This document shows, piece after piece, positions 19,314-29,133 of a stretch of 64,000 nt of DNA. A program made the position numbers and the translations under genes. The notes beneath the pieces are model-generated. The model did no database searches and was not told the origin of the DNA. It saw only the letters and a program-made list of their open reading frames with translations. Source of the stretch: Longimicrobiales bacterium (GTDB lineage: Bacteria; Gemmatimonadota; Gemmatimonadetes; Longimicrobiales; Gaopeijiaceae). Every line of letters starts with the position of its first letter. Within the stretch, counting starts at the first letter, position 1. The DNA lies in contig JAWLHJ010000004.1 in the NCBI GenBank assembly GCA_041690395.1, forward strand, positions 465,365 to 529,364, given 5' to 3'.

Positions 19314-19829
19314 CTATAGGCTCGCGATATATGGCAAATGGCGAAAGTCTTCGGCGCGATCCAACCCATACCCCACGAGGAACGCATTGGGTGCATCGAA
19401 ACCGACGAAGCGCGGCTCGGCCTCGGGAGAGGCGAGCCGTTTGTGGAGAAGCGCGCATACTTCGACGGTCCGCGCACCCCGCTCCCGGAGCAACACCACG
19501 ACGTGATCGAGGGTGACCCCCGAGTCCACGATGTCCTCAACGAGGAGCACGTTGCGGCCCTCGATCGGGATGCGCGGCTCGGCCTCGACCAGGACGGTTC
19601 CGCTCGACTCGGTCCCGTCACCGTAGCTGGACACGGACATGAAGTCGATCTGGACGGGAAGCTCGAGCGCGCGCGCGAGGTCCGCCATGAAGACGAACGA
19701 CCCCTTGAGCACGCCGAGGAGGAGCAGCCGGTCCTCGGGTCCGTAGCACGCCTCGATCTCCCGCGCGAGGCCGGCGACGCGCTCCGCGATGGTCTCGGCG
19801 TCGTAGACGACGCGGTGTGGTCCGCTCAC
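19314..19829 (-). CDS. hpt: Hypoxanthine phosphoribosyltransferase
   Basis: LKGSFVFMADL, VLLVEDIVDSGVTL, FLVGYGLD. GTGA overlap with tilS. Confidence 0.95.
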   Translation of the reverse strand: MSGPHRVVYDAETIAERVAGLAREIEACYGPEDRLLLLGVLKGSFVFMADLARALELPVQIDFMSVSSYGDGTESSGTVLVEAEPRIPIEGRNVLLVEDIVDSGVTLDHVVVLLRERGARTVEVCALLHKRLASPEAEPRFVGFDAPNAFLVGYGLDRAEDFRHLPYIASL

Positions 19830-21250
19830 GCGACCCCGATAGGAAGCGGCTCCACGGTGGAGTCGCCCGAGGGGACGGTCGCGGCCGGCGATCGCGCCAC
19901 CCCGGGAATCCAGAGGACCTCGCCCTCGGCGTCGGCCAGGACCGGCACGGCACGGCGCTCGGGAGCGGGAATCCGCGCCTCGAGGAAGATCTGTTTGAGC
20001 TTGCGGCTGCCCGCATGCGTGCGCATGCGATCGCCGTGCTCCCAGGCGCGCATCCACAGAGGAAAGCGGAGCTCCTCACCTACGAAGCGTTCGACCGACG
20101 TCGACCGCCCCGGCGCCTCCGCACCCCACGCCACCCATACCACGCGGCCCCCGAGAACCGCCTCGCCGGCGCCGGAGGAAGGCCCCGGGATGACGAGCGG
20201 TCGGTCGCGGTCGGTGGGGGCTTCGTGGGCTCGGGCCAGCGTGAGGCGCTCCAGGTCCCGACGGAGCGTCACGCCGTCGCCCAGGTCGATACGGCGACCG
20301 CTCTCGGCGGACGCGGCGAACTCCACGGCGAGCCGGGTCCGGCGCGCGTCCGGCCGGAGCCCGAGCTCGAGCGCCAGCGCGCGGAGCACCCGGGCCCGGA
20401 CCGCCGGATGAAGCGCGGCCAGCGGGCCCCGGTCGAGCCGCACCCCGCGAGCATCCCATTCCGGTGCCAGCGAGGCAGTCAGGCTCGGGAGCAGGCTGTC
20501 CCACGCCTCCTCGTCGCGGGCGGCCCGTTCGGCGAGCCGTACAAGGGCCCGTTTCGCTCCCGGGGCCACGAGGCGCTCCGCCTCGGGGAGGATGCGGTGC
20601 CGGAGCGCGTTCCGCGCGTAGCCGAGGTCGGCGTTCGTCGGGTCGTCCCTCCAGCCCAGGCCGACAGCGGTCGCATAGCCCAGCAGCTCCTCCCTCCAGC
20701 AGGGGAGGAGCGGTCGCCAGAGCCCGTTCGCGTGGACGGCCCGGATGCCGCGGAGCCCACCGGTGCCGGTTCCCCGCAGCATGCGGAACAGCACGGTCTC
20801 CGCTTGATCGTCGGCGTGGTGGGCGGTGACGATCGTCGCCCCGTCGTAGCGCTCGGCCGCGTCGCGCAGGAAAGCGTAGCGAGCCGCGCGCGCCTCGGCT
20901 TCCGAGTGGAGCGGCGCGTCCGCGGCGCCCTCCACCAACTCGATGGCCCAGGCCGCGGTGAGCCCGCGGACCCAACGCGCGTCGATACGGCTCCCCGGCC
21001 GCATGCGATGGTCGAAGTGGGCCGCGACGAGCCGGGGAGCCGGGCATGACGCCGGCCAGGCGAACCGCATCAGGTGGAGGAGCGCGGTCGAGTCGAGCCC
21101 GCCCGACAGGGCCACCACCACCGTGGCTCCCGGTCCGGGAGCGCCGTCGTCGGCGCACGCTCGGTGGAATGCCCGCAGCACGGCCTCGCCCGGACGCTCC
21201 CCGACGGTTCGGGCGACGGCGTCGCGGGTGGTGGAGCCGTCGCGGGTCAT
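19826..21250 (-). CDS. tilS: tRNA(Ile)-lysidine synthetase
   Basis: SGGLDS PP-loop, ARAARY, TAHHADDQAET, RNALRH. ATGA overlap with the upstream gene. Confidence 0.94.
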   Translation of the reverse strand: MTRDGSTTRDAVARTVGERPGEAVLRAFHRACADDGAPGPGATVVVALSGGLDSTALLHLMRFAWPASCPAPRLVAAHFDHRMRPGSRIDARWVRGLTAAWAIELVEGAADAPLHSEAEARAARYAFLRDAAERYDGATIVTAHHADDQAETVLFRMLRGTGTGGLRGIRAVHANGLWRPLLPCWREELLGYATAVGLGWRDDPTNADLGYARNALRHRILPEAERLVAPGAKRALVRLAERAARDEEAWDSLLPSLTASLAPEWDARGVRLDRGPLAALHPAVRARVLRALALELGLRPDARRTRLAVEFAASAESGRRIDLGDGVTLRRDLERLTLARAHEAPTDRDRPLVIPGPSSGAGEAVLGGRVVWVAWGAEAPGRSTSVERFVGEELRFPLWMRAWEHGDRMRTHAGSRKLKQIFLEARIPAPERRAVPVLADAEGEVLWIPGVARSPAATVPSGDSTVEPLPIGVA

Positions 21251-22083
21251 CGGCGCAACCCCGGTGGCGCGGGCCGCCCGAAGCGCTCGTGCAGCACGGC
21301 CGCGAGCAGGTCGGGCCGATCGGTCTGGATGCCGTCCACGCCCCACTCGAGGAGCCGGACCATGTCGGCCGGATCGTCCACGGTCCAGACCTGGACCGGC
21401 AGATTCTTGCTGTGTGCCTGCTCGATGAAGCGCGGGGTCACGATGGGCCTTCCCTTCCACCTCTCGGGCACCTGCAGCACGTCCGCCCGCGGCGTGTACC
21501 CGGCCGCCCGGGGGAGGCCGCACAGTACCCTGAAGAGGAGCACGTGGTGCCGACTCGCGCCCCAGGGCCCCCGATACCCCCGCGCCCCGCGGCGCCACCG
21601 CTCGTACTCGGCCGCCACCAGGACGCGGTGCTCGGCTCGGTGGCGGCGCACCGTCTCCAGGATCGCGGCCGCGGCGTCGCCGGCCTTCGACTCGATGTTG
21701 ATCCAGACGTGCGGGAACGCGTCGAGCACCTCGTCCAGGGTCGGCACCCGGATTCCCCGCCCCGCGAACGACGGCTGGCCCTCCGCGTCCCGGAAGCCCG
21801 CCCCGGCGTCGAGCGCCTTCAGCTGCGTGACGGTGTGCCGTCGTACCGGCCCGGTGCCGTCGGTGGTCCGGTCGACGGTCGGATCGTGGATGACCACGGG
21901 GACACCGTCGCGCGTGAGCTGCACGTCGAGCTCGAGCATGTCGGCGTCCCACACGTCGACCGCCTCACGGAAGCCGGTCAGGGTGTTCTCCGGGACGATC
22001 TTCGATCCGCCCCGGTGCGCCACGAGCATCGGGGGGCCGGCCAGGTACGCACGCCCCGGCCGCGGACCGGATCCGAACCCCAT
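21247..22083 (-). CDS. Glycerophosphodiester phosphodiesterase
   Basis: AHRGG, PENT, ELDV, HD..VDRTT, VWTVD, GIQTDRP. Confidence 0.93.
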   Translation of the reverse strand: MGFGSGPRPGRAYLAGPPMLVAHRGGSKIVPENTLTGFREAVDVWDADMLELDVQLTRDGVPVVIHDPTVDRTTDGTGPVRRHTVTQLKALDAGAGFRDAEGQPSFAGRGIRVPTLDEVLDAFPHVWINIESKAGDAAAAILETVRRHRAEHRVLVAAEYERWRRGARGYRGPWGASRHHVLLFRVLCGLPRAAGYTPRADVLQVPERWKGRPIVTPRFIEQAHSKNLPVQVWTVDDPADMVRLLEWGVDGIQTDRPDLLAAVLHERFGRPAPPGLRR

Positions 22084-22158
22084 GGGCGCGCGCTCCTACC
22101 CGGCCCGGATGGGCGTCCGGACTGCTTCGGCGCGGAACTGTGGGGGCACGGCCACGGC

Positions 22159-22677
22159 TCAGGCCGACGCGTGCCTGTCGGCTTCGACCCGCTCGATCTC
22201 GGCGGGCGTCAGCTCGTGGAAGACGTACAGGACGAGGTCGAGCAGGTGACTGGTCGCGTCACGATCGCCCTCGACCCGCCCCTCTGCGTCGTCACCCGGG
22301 GCATCGATCTCCTCCTGGAGGTCGACCACGCGCGACGCCAGAAACGACAGGATGTCCTCGACGACCTGGGGGCGCGGGTTGGCGGGAGCTTTCGCATCCG
22401 GCATCACCTCGCTCAGGAGCAGCCCTCGGACGTAGGCGAGGAAGCCCGGAAAGATCAGCTCGGTCAGCGGGCCCTCGTCGAGGGCCTCCTCGTCCGTGAT
22501 GCGCTCCCACTCGAGCTCGTTCCAGTAGAGATCCTTCGCCTCGTCGAGCAGATAGGCCCTGTTCGTCCGGGGGAGTGAATCCGCGGAGTCGGCGCTGGGC
22601 CTCCCCAGCTTGCGGCCGAGAAGGCGCTCGATCCGCTCGCGGCGGCCTCCGAGGAGCGTGCTGGCGCGATCGTTCAT
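22159..22677 (-). CDS. Hypothetical acidic cytoplasmic protein
   Basis: Coding-like composition (LYWNELEWE..TDEE, FPGFLAYVRGLLL). Start assumed at MNDRAST. Confidence 0.65.
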   Translation of the reverse strand: MNDRASTLLGGRRERIERLLGRKLGRPSADSADSLPRTNRAYLLDEAKDLYWNELEWERITDEEALDEGPLTELIFPGFLAYVRGLLLSEVMPDAKAPANPRPQVVEDILSFLASRVVDLQEEIDAPGDDAEGRVEGDRDATSHLLDLVLYVFHELTPAEIERVEADRHASA

Positions 22678-22824
22678 CGTCTCTATGATCTCGTCTGAGA
22701 TGGAATGACGTTTGGCGGGCGTCGTGATCGACGCGACGTGAGTATACGACCGGACCGCGTCAGGTGAAATGCGGGACGGTCGAAGCGTACGAGACATCGG
22801 CATCCGACACTAAAGGATCACGGC

Positions 22825-23376
22825 GTGAACAAGAACTGGCTGCGCATTCCGGTCCTCCTGGTGCTCGGGTGGATGCTCCACCGGTACCTCACCGATCCGA
22901 CCTACACGTCCATCTTCGCGGGCATCAACCTCGCCTTCCACGAGATGGGGCACGCGGCCTTCATGTGGTTCGGCAGCCGGATCGTGACGACGGCCGGAGG
23001 AACGGTCTTCGAGATCGGGATACCCGCGGCGGCCGGCGCCTACCTCCTCATCAAGCAGCGCGATCCGTTCGGCGCGGCCGTGTGCGTCTTCTGGATGGGC
23101 ACGGCGCTGGTCGGCGCCGGCGTCTACGCGGCGGACGCGAGGGCGCAGGCGCTCCCGTTGGTCTCACCCTTCGGCCCGGTCGACGTGGACAGCCACGACT
23201 GGACGGTCATGCTGCTACGCATCGGGCGAATCTCCCAGGATCAGCAGATCGGCGCCGCGCTCCGAGGACTGGGGCTGCTGGCGATGACCGCAGGGCTCGG
23301 AGCGGGCGCGTGGATCTCGTGGACGGGACGTGGCGGCGACGAGCATTCCGAGATGCCGGAATCGACGTTCGTCTAG
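22825..23376 (+). CDS. Small membrane protein with HEXXH motif (M50B-like peptidase candidate)
   Basis: Several TMs, FHEMGH and a downstream SHDW. AAGGA RBS upstream. Confidence 0.65.
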   Translation: MNKNWLRIPVLLVLGWMLHRYLTDPTYTSIFAGINLAFHEMGHAAFMWFGSRIVTTAGGTVFEIGIPAAAGAYLLIKQRDPFGAAVCVFWMGTALVGAGVYAADARAQALPLVSPFGPVDVDSHDWTVMLLRIGRISQDQQIGAALRGLGLLAMTAGLGAGAWISWTGRGGDEHSEMPESTFV

Positions 23377-23798
23377 CCCCCCACCTGGAACGCGGCCGTG
23401 GCGAGCACCGAGCCGTCGGCGTCGACCACCCTGGCCTCCCATTCGCCGGTCCAATCGGCCGGCACGGTCTTGCTGCTCCACGTGCGCCAGCGCGGTCCGC
23501 GTACCGTGAGGGCGACCCGCCCGACCTCCTCCCCGTTCCGCATCCAGACGTGCTCGACCTGCCGCTCGCCGAAGTCGCCCTCGAAGACGGTGTAGAAGTA
23601 GACCGTGCCGACCGACGCGGGGAACGAGGTCCCGGTCCCGACCGGCTGGCGGTCCTCGACCCCGGTGCCGACGACGGCGGTCGTCACGTCGACGGCGGCC
23701 GACGGGTCCTGGGCATCGAGGGCCGCGGGAGCCGCGCTCCAGGCCACGGCTACGGCAAGCGTCGCCACGAGGGCTGAGATGCGTCGTTGCGTAGTCAT
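23373..23798 (-). CDS. Secreted DUF2914-like Ig-fold protein
   Basis: Signal peptide; VYFYT, HVW, RWRTWSSK, GEWEARVVD pattern. Confidence 0.75.
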   Translation of the reverse strand: MTTQRRISALVATLAVAVAWSAAPAALDAQDPSAAVDVTTAVVGTGVEDRQPVGTGTSFPASVGTVYFYTVFEGDFGERQVEHVWMRNGEEVGRVALTVRGPRWRTWSSKTVPADWTGEWEARVVDADGSVLATAAFQVGG

Positions 23799-23853
23799 CT
23801 CGGATCGTCCTCCTGTCCGAAGGGCGGATTCCACGACGGGAATCCATGTCTGA

Positions 23854-25929
23854 TCAGTCGGAGGCGGCGGGCGGGGCGTCAAGGGGCTCGCGCGGCGCCT
23901 CGGGCGGGACCTCGTCCGCTACGGCCAGCGGAGGCATCGGCACGTCGAGCGCCTCCGCGACGGCCCGGAGCAGCTCGAGCTCCTCGACGGTCACGGCACG
24001 GTCGGCGCGCACGGTCCGCTCGAGCGCCCCGAGGAGGACGCGCCGATCCTTCGGCGGCAGCGTCTCCAGCCTGGTCAGGGCCTCGTCCACGCGCTCGAGA
24101 TCGAGCCCGGCCATCGGTTGCAGCGCCAGCGCGCCCGCCGCGCCCGAGCCGAAGCTCGCCGCCCCGGCCCGGAACGCGGCCTCGGCGCCCTCCTGCTCAC
24201 GGGCGCCCGCCCACGCGAGCGCCGACAGGAGGGTTTCCGCCTCCCCTCTCCGGCGTCCCAACCCCGGTCCCACCCTCGAGCTGCTGGCCGGGTCGGGGCC
24301 TCCCGGAAGCGCTCGCCGGAGCAGATGGAAGAGCGCGAAATCGAAGACGTGGACCTCGCCGTCCGCCCGGCTCAGCGGGCCGACGGCGGCGCGGAGGGCG
24401 TCGGCGCGCCCCTCGTCCAGCGACCGGAGCGCAGGTAGGCACAGCTCCAGGAGCGGAAGACGCGCCGCCGGTCCCGCCCCCGCGAGCGGCGCCCGGAGCT
24501 CCGCAGCGCGGCTCAACGTCTCCGCTCCGAGCAGCCGCTCGACGATCTCGTCCTGACGGGCCCGAAGAGGTCCGCCCTCGGCGAGGAGGAGCGCCGCCAC
24601 CACGGCGACGGCCCCTTCCGGCTCGCGCGTGGCCGCTCGGACGCCGTCCGGTATCGATTCGAGGATGGACCGGGCGTGGGCGAGGTGGCCGGCCTCGAGG
24701 GTCCCGGCGGCCAGGACCGCGCCCGCGAGCATCTCGCTGCCTCCTCGCGATCCCCCCGGGAACCCGGGAACCGGAAACGGCAGCGGAAAGGGCATCCCCT
24801 CCCCTTTCGACCCCTTCGGTACACCCGGGCCACCGCCCGCTCCGCGCGCTTTGGCCGCGTCGCGCTCCTCGCTCCGAAGTCGCGCCATGTTCACCGGCTC
24901 CGGCTCGATGAACGTGCCGTCCCAGCTGGGGTCCACCCGTTTGATCCGCACGTCGAGCGGCGGGTGCGTCGCCATGGTGCGCGAGAAGGCGCTCCGGACC
25001 CCTTCCGAGAAGAAGAGGTGGCCGGCTTCCTGCGCGTGATGGTTCTCCAGCTTCGATCCGGCGGCCCCACCGCCGATCTTGCGGAGCGCGCCCGAGATGC
25101 CGAGTGGATTGCGCGTGAACTGCACCGCCGCGGCGTCCGCCAGGAACTCACGCTGGCGGGACACGGCCGCCTGGATCAGCCGGCCGAAGAAGACGCCCAG
25201 ATATCCGAGGATGATGAGGGCGATGCCGACCAGCACGATCTGACCGCCGCCCCCGTCCTTGCCGCCCCGGCTCCGCCGTCCCGCGCCGGAGTAGTACCCG
25301 CCCCGCAGGATCCCCCGACCGATCACGGTCAGCAGCAGGATCCCGAACAGCACGCCCATCAGGCGCACATTGAGGCGCATGTCGCCGTTCAGGATGTGGC
25401 TGAACTCGTGCGCCATCACCCCCTGCAGCTCGTCCCGCGACAGCGTCTCCAACCCGCCGCGGGTGATCGCGACCGCCGCGTCGTGGATCGTGTGGCCCGC
25501 GGCGAACGCGTTGATACCCTGCTCGCCGTCGAGCACGTACACGGCCGGCACCGGGATGCCCGAAGCGATCGCCATCTCCTCGACGACGTTCAACAGGCGG
25601 CGCTCCAGCGGGTCCGTCGAGCCAGGATCGACCCGGCGGCCACCGAGGAGCTCGGCCACGGCCGGGCCGCCCCTGCGGAGCTGCGCCGTCCTGAACGCCG
25701 AGCCCCCGCCGATGACGAGGAGCATGCCGACCGCGACGATGGCGAACAACGTCGGGTCGAACAGGCTGATCGGGCCGGGCTCGACGCCCTGTTCGGGCGT
25801 GGAGAGCTGCAGTGCGACGGCCAGCGTCAGGTACACGCCCACGATGATGAGCGTCACGGCCAACCCGTAGAGCAGGACGAGTCGCCGCGAGAGGCTCCTC
25901 GCCCTGCCCTGGGCTTCGAAGAAATCCAT
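23854..25929 (-). CDS. M48 family (HtpX-like) metallopeptidase with C-terminal extension
   Basis: NVVEEMAIASG, INAFAAG, HEFSH, SRQREFLADA, THPP. Downstream of lemA. Confidence 0.9.
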   Translation of the reverse strand: MDFFEAQGRARSLSRRLVLLYGLAVTLIIVGVYLTLAVALQLSTPEQGVEPGPISLFDPTLFAIVAVGMLLVIGGGSAFRTAQLRRGGPAVAELLGGRRVDPGSTDPLERRLLNVVEEMAIASGIPVPAVYVLDGEQGINAFAAGHTIHDAAVAITRGGLETLSRDELQGVMAHEFSHILNGDMRLNVRLMGVLFGILLLTVIGRGILRGGYYSGAGRRSRGGKDGGGGQIVLVGIALIILGYLGVFFGRLIQAAVSRQREFLADAAAVQFTRNPLGISGALRKIGGGAAGSKLENHHAQEAGHLFFSEGVRSAFSRTMATHPPLDVRIKRVDPSWDGTFIEPEPVNMARLRSEERDAAKARGAGGGPGVPKGSKGEGMPFPLPFPVPGFPGGSRGGSEMLAGAVLAAGTLEAGHLAHARSILESIPDGVRAATREPEGAVAVVAALLLAEGGPLRARQDEIVERLLGAETLSRAAELRAPLAGAGPAARLPLLELCLPALRSLDEGRADALRAAVGPLSRADGEVHVFDFALFHLLRRALPGGPDPASSSRVGPGLGRRRGEAETLLSALAWAGAREQEGAEAAFRAGAASFGSGAAGALALQPMAGLDLERVDEALTRLETLPPKDRRVLLGALERTVRADRAVTVEELELLRAVAEALDVPMPPLAVADEVPPEAPREPLDAPPAASD

Positions 25930-25967
25930 CGCTCAACCCGGCCCGGTCGGACGTTCCGTGGGCCGGC

Positions 25968-26555
25968 TCAGCCGAAGGAGACCCGGGGCGTCTCGCGCTC
26001 CTCGTCCCGGTCGATCTCGAAGAACTCCGCTTCCTCGAAGCGGAACGAGTTCGCGATGATGTTGGTCGGGACGGTCTGACGCGCGGTGTTGTAGGTCATG
26101 ACCGCATCGTTGAACGACTGCCGTGCGAACGCGATGCGGTTCTCCGTCGACGCCAACTCCTCCTGGAGCTGCATCATGTTCTGGTTGGCCTTCAGGTCCG
26201 GGTACGCCTCGGACAGCGCGAAGAGTCGCGAGAGGGCACCACCCAGCTGCTGCTCCGCGCCCGCCAGCTTCTGCATAGCCTCCGGGTCGCCGGGGTTGCG
26301 AGACGCGACCTGCTCCACCTTCTGCGCCTCGTTCCGGGCGCGGATCACGGCCTCGAGCGTCTCCTTCTCGTGGCTCATGTACCCCTTCGCCGTCTCGACC
26401 AGGTTGGGGATGAGGTCGTAGCGGCGCTTCAGCTGCACGTCGATCTGCGCGAACGCGTTCTTGAAGCGTTCCCGCAACGCGACCAGCCGGTTGTAGGCCA
26501 TGATGCCGTAGCCGACGACGGCCACGATGATGATCAGGGGAATCCAGAGTCCCAC
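25968..26555 (-). CDS. lemA: LemA family protein
   Basis: YNRLV, QIDVQLKRRYDLIPNLV, EAYPDLKAN. GTG start follows GGAGG. Confidence 0.95.
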   Translation of the reverse strand: MGLWIPLIIIVAVVGYGIMAYNRLVALRERFKNAFAQIDVQLKRRYDLIPNLVETAKGYMSHEKETLEAVIRARNEAQKVEQVASRNPGDPEAMQKLAGAEQQLGGALSRLFALSEAYPDLKANQNMMQLQEELASTENRIAFARQSFNDAVMTYNTARQTVPTNIIANSFRFEEAEFFEIDRDEERETPRVSFG

Positions 26556-26835
26556 GGGTCCCTCCCTGCCGGTGGTATGCGATGCGAGCGTGCTTCCGGA
26601 CCGGCGCGTCCCTTCGGGTGGCCGATCGTTGCTCCATACGAGATGCACGTCGTGAATCTTCACGTGCGGCCCTGTGGGCACCAGGGTGGCCCCATGTCCC
26701 GAGGCACCTGTTCCGTGTCCCGGTCCGGCTGTCCCTGTCCGCACGGCGGGCGGCCGGTACATTGCGTTGGCCGCTGAGCCGGCACCGGCCGGCGGTGCAC
26801 GGCCGGCTATCCTCCTCGGAGATCTGACAGCGCCC

Positions 26836-28431
26836 ATGCACGACACCCCGTCGGCCGCCACATCACCGGGCAGGCCCGAGATCCCGGCACGGATGCTCAT
26901 CGCGGTCTGGCTCGTCGCAGCCGTCCTCCGGCTCCTGCACAACCAGGCCATGCTGGCCGACCCGCTCTACTTCAACCCCCTGGGCGGCAACCTGCCGTAC
27001 CTGCTCGCCGCCGAGGCGATCTCGGGCGGGGACCTGGTTCCGTTCGCCGGACCGATCTCGCTGAACAGCCCGCTCTACCCGTATCTGCTGGCCGGGCTCT
27101 ACGAGCTGCTGGGAACCAACGCCTTCTACGGCGTCCGGGTCGCGACCGGACTGCTCGACGCGGGAACGTGCGCGCTGGTCGCGGTCCTGGCCTGGCGCCA
27201 CTTCGGTGCCGTCGCGGGCTGGGCGGGGGGGATGGCGCTGGCGCTCTACGGCCCGCTGATCTTCTTCGCCGCGGACCTCAACCCGGTGCCGTTCACCCTC
27301 TTCTTCCTCACGTCGGCCGTGCTCGTCCTCGACCGTGCGGACCGTCCGCGAGGATACCTCGCGGCGGGCCTCCTCTTCGGGCTGACCGCGGCCACCCGGC
27401 CCAACGTACTGCTGGCGGGGCTCGCGGCTCTCCTGGTTCCCTGGGTGCGCCGGCAGCCGAAGCCCGCCGCCGCGACGATCGCGCTCGCGGTCGGGCTCGG
27501 ACTCGGCGTGGCGCCGGTCACGACCCTGAACGTCGTGGCCTCCGGCGAGCCCGTGCTGCTCACGACCGGCGCGGGCCACAACTTCTACATCGGCCACAAC
27601 CCGGAGGCCGAGGCCCAGTATGCACTCCCGGCGAGCCTCGACGGGGACATCTTCGAGAGCATGAAGGCGCTCGCGGAAGACGTGGAAGGCCGAGCCTTCG
27701 ACGACACCGAGGTCTCGGGATGGTACCTTCGGCGCGCCCTCCGGCACATGGCGGCGAATCCCGGTCGCGAGCTCGAGCTCCTCGGACGCCGTGCGCTCCT
27801 CCTGGCGAACGACTTCGAAGCCACGACGTATGCGAGCTTCGAGTACCAGCGCGCCTACTCCGGCATCCTGAGGTGGTCGCCGACCTTCCTTCTGCTGTTC
27901 GCCCTCGCCGCGCCGGGCATGCTGCGATGCCTCACCCGGGAACGGCTCCACCTGTGGATCCCCTTCCTGACCGCGGCGGCCACGGTGCTGCTGTTCTTCT
28001 ACATCGCCCGGCTGCGGGTCGTCATGGTGCCGTCCCTCGGGGTGTTCGCGGGGGCCGGTGTCGCGACGATCCTGGAACGCGTCCGGACACGCGGCTGGCG
28101 CCGGCTCGCACCCTCCCTGGCCGCGGCGGTCGTGGCTGCCGGCCTGGCCGCGCTTCCGCTGCTGCGATCGGACACCTCGAACGAGTGGAACAAGGCGGGA
28201 GGCGTCCTGCGGATGGCCGGCGAGATGGACCGGGCCGAAGCCGCGTTCGAGCGGGCCGGGCAGGAAAACCCGTCGAACCCGAACGTGTGGCTGAATCTGG
28301 CGTCCCTGTACGAGGCGACCGGTCGGGCGCAGGCAGCCGACACCGCCCGCACCCGTGCCGAGGCGCTGCTCGACCGCGGGGGAGCGGACACGGACGACTA
28401 CCGGAGGGCACTGGAGGCGGGCCCGCCCTGA
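26836..28431 (+). CDS. GT-C fold (ArnT/PMT-like) glycosyltransferase with C-terminal TPR
   Basis: Multi-TM; PLYPYLLA, RPN, NFYIGHNP, C-terminal TPR (NPNVWLNLA). Start uncertain. Confidence 0.72.
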   Translation: MHDTPSAATSPGRPEIPARMLIAVWLVAAVLRLLHNQAMLADPLYFNPLGGNLPYLLAAEAISGGDLVPFAGPISLNSPLYPYLLAGLYELLGTNAFYGVRVATGLLDAGTCALVAVLAWRHFGAVAGWAGGMALALYGPLIFFAADLNPVPFTLFFLTSAVLVLDRADRPRGYLAAGLLFGLTAATRPNVLLAGLAALLVPWVRRQPKPAAATIALAVGLGLGVAPVTTLNVVASGEPVLLTTGAGHNFYIGHNPEAEAQYALPASLDGDIFESMKALAEDVEGRAFDDTEVSGWYLRRALRHMAANPGRELELLGRRALLLANDFEATTYASFEYQRAYSGILRWSPTFLLLFALAAPGMLRCLTRERLHLWIPFLTAAATVLLFFYIARLRVVMVPSLGVFAGAGVATILERVRTRGWRRLAPSLAAAVVAAGLAALPLLRSDTSNEWNKAGGVLRMAGEMDRAEAAFERAGQENPSNPNVWLNLASLYEATGRAQAADTARTRAEALLDRGGADTDDYRRALEAGPP

Positions 28432-28593
28432 CCGTGGCGCGCAAGCCCGGTCTCGGGCACGTGCCTGCGGCCAGCGGCGGTTCCAGGAGGGGCCGAGCGT
28501 GCATCCGGGGATCAGGAGGGGTGTCCGATGGGGGACCGGAGCGCCAGATTCGTGCCAGTGGAGCCCAGGACCCAACATTGCCGAGGGATGGAC

Positions 28594-29124
28594 ATGCTGC
28601 GTATGCCCACCAGCCTGACGCTGGTATTGATCGCCGTTCTGACTGCCTGTGGGCAGGAGACCGATGCTCCTTCCGACGCCGTCGCGGAGCTCGGCGTACA
28701 GAACGTCGCCGCCCCTCTGCCGAACCTCATCACGACCGCCCAGCCGTCTCGTGATCAGGTGGACGGCATGATGGCCATGGGATACCGCAACTTCGTCAGC
28801 CTTCAGCTCGAGGAGGAACCGGGCGCCGGTTGGGAGGAGGAGGGCGTGCCCGGTGCCGGCGGCCGTTTCTCGCGCATTCCCATCGGCGGGCCGGACGATC
28901 TGACGCGCGAGAACGTGGAGAGACTGGCCGCGATTCTGGAAGAGACCGGGACGGACCAGACCGTCCTCTACTGCGCGAGCAGCAACCGGGTCGGCGCGCT
29001 CCTGGCTCTCAAGGCGTTCTGGATGGACGGAGCCGACGCCGAAGAAGCGCTCGCGCTGGGGCGGGCAGCAGGCATGAGGGCGCTGGAGCCGAACGTGCGG
29101 AGCTTGCTGGAAGCGGGTCGGTAG
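28594..29124 (+). CDS. DUF442/BLH-like phosphatase-fold (sulfurtransferase-like) lipoprotein
   Basis: Lipobox LTAC; AQPS; active-site loop YCASSNR (CX4R). Start uncertain (28588-28603). Confidence 0.7.
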   Translation: MLRMPTSLTLVLIAVLTACGQETDAPSDAVAELGVQNVAAPLPNLITTAQPSRDQVDGMMAMGYRNFVSLQLEEEPGAGWEEEGVPGAGGRFSRIPIGGPDDLTRENVERLAAILEETGTDQTVLYCASSNRVGALLALKAFWMDGADAEEALALGRAAGMRALEPNVRSLLEAGR

Positions 29125-29133
29125 GACGGCCCA

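Noticed and set aside
19826..21952. Long N-terminal extensions or apparent fusions in the ORF track (tilS, DUF4388, divIVA, rex, permease)
   Set aside because: Each extension overlaps the upstream gene, and internal starts give clean stop/start overlaps.
28543..28557. Sigma54-like site TGGCACG-N4-TGGC on the minus strand
   Set aside because: It points antisense into the glycosyltransferase gene with no downstream gene, and the -12 element is imperfect. Probably chance.
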